Below are positions 63,797-64,000 of a stretch of DNA of 64,000 bases, piece by piece (positions within the stretch are counted from its first letter, which is position 1; every line of letters begins with the position of its first letter). The DNA lies in NCBI GenBank assembly GCA_938084885.1, contig CALKGG010000070.1:17556-81555 (forward strand). Direction: 5' to 3'. The notes under the pieces are model-generated. The model was given only the letters and a program-made list of their open reading frames with translations. It had not been told where the DNA came from and made no database searches. The DNA is from an uncultured Acidimicrobiales bacterium. Lineage in GTDB: Bacteria > Actinomycetota > Acidimicrobiia > Acidimicrobiales > SHLQ01. The translations under genes and the position numbers were made by a program.

Positions 63797-64000
63797 GTGG
63801 AATTTCAACCGAATATTTTGGCGCAAAGCGGGACGACTACCGCGCTCATAGCGGTTGGGCTTGTCGTTGGCGGCTTTGTCCTCGGCTCTGTCGCGGCGTC
63901 TATCTCACGGCGCATAACGTCAAATGAGAAGCGGCCCGAAGTCGTGCAGAACTCCGCTGGAGCGCTCGCGACCCTCGCGTTTTCGATCGTGCTCATCATT
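63797..64000 (+). CDS. partial membrane protein (5' end only), again resembling 'TM helix' repeat / MscS-like N-termini
   Basis: My translation from the GTG at 63797 is VEFQPNILAQSGTTTALIAVGLVVGGFVLGSVAASISRRITSNEKRPEVVQNSAGALATLAFSIVLII. It runs off the window. The tracked minus ORF 63805..63999 looks like its shadow. Confidence 0.4.
   Translation, partial: MEFQPNILAQSGTTTALIAVGLVVGGFVLGSVAASISRRITSNEKRPEVVQNSAGALATLAFSIVLII

Overview
High-GC (about 60% by eye) actinobacterial chromosomal segment. Lineage markers are mycothiol amidase Mca, F420 genes (CofC, LLM oxidoreductase), NucS/EndoMS, an ECF42 sigma factor with a YCII partner, and the ImuA'-ImuB/DnaE2 mutasome. An Acidimicrobiia-like origin is only a guess. 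Coding density is very high, and many adjacent genes overlap by ATGA, GTGA or TAGTG junctions. I found no rRNA, tRNA, CRISPR array, transposase, integrase or phage genes.

Main contents in order:
- A betC (choline sulfatase)-Rieske oxygenase-SDR operon.
- A UbiB/ABC1 kinase, then gabT and an acyl-CoA dehydrogenase.
- nucS, followed by a VanW lipoprotein.
- typA/bipA.
- A DUF4349-like lipoprotein with EAMED repeats.
- An ECF42 sigma/YCII module.
- TrpB2, an RND permease and a thermonuclease.
- An SCP2 protein and mca.
- A PhoU/TrkA-C regulator with an MgtE-like transporter.
- A 7.6-kb gene for a ~2,527-aa repetitive surface protein ending in a LAFTG (LAxTG) sortase signal.
- dnaE2 and, 7 kb away, imuA'-imuB. 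Each is preceded by an almost identical LexA box.
- A WXG-like helical protein followed by a coiled-coil lytic transglycosylase.
- rnhB, cofC, a PIG-L deacetylase, and an ECF sigma with a ZAS anti-sigma.

I do not see a clear-cut novel defence-type system. The points most worth a second look are:
- the SOS-boxed split mutasome and what is packed against it;
- the giant Ca-loop repeat adhesin;
- the unusual betC-Rieske-SDR operon;
- the WXG-like/coiled-coil transglycosylase pair that shares the imuA' SOS-box intergenic region;
- several unexplained palindromes and a 540-bp lower-GC spacer.

All family calls come from motif and sequence recognition by eye. No searches were run.
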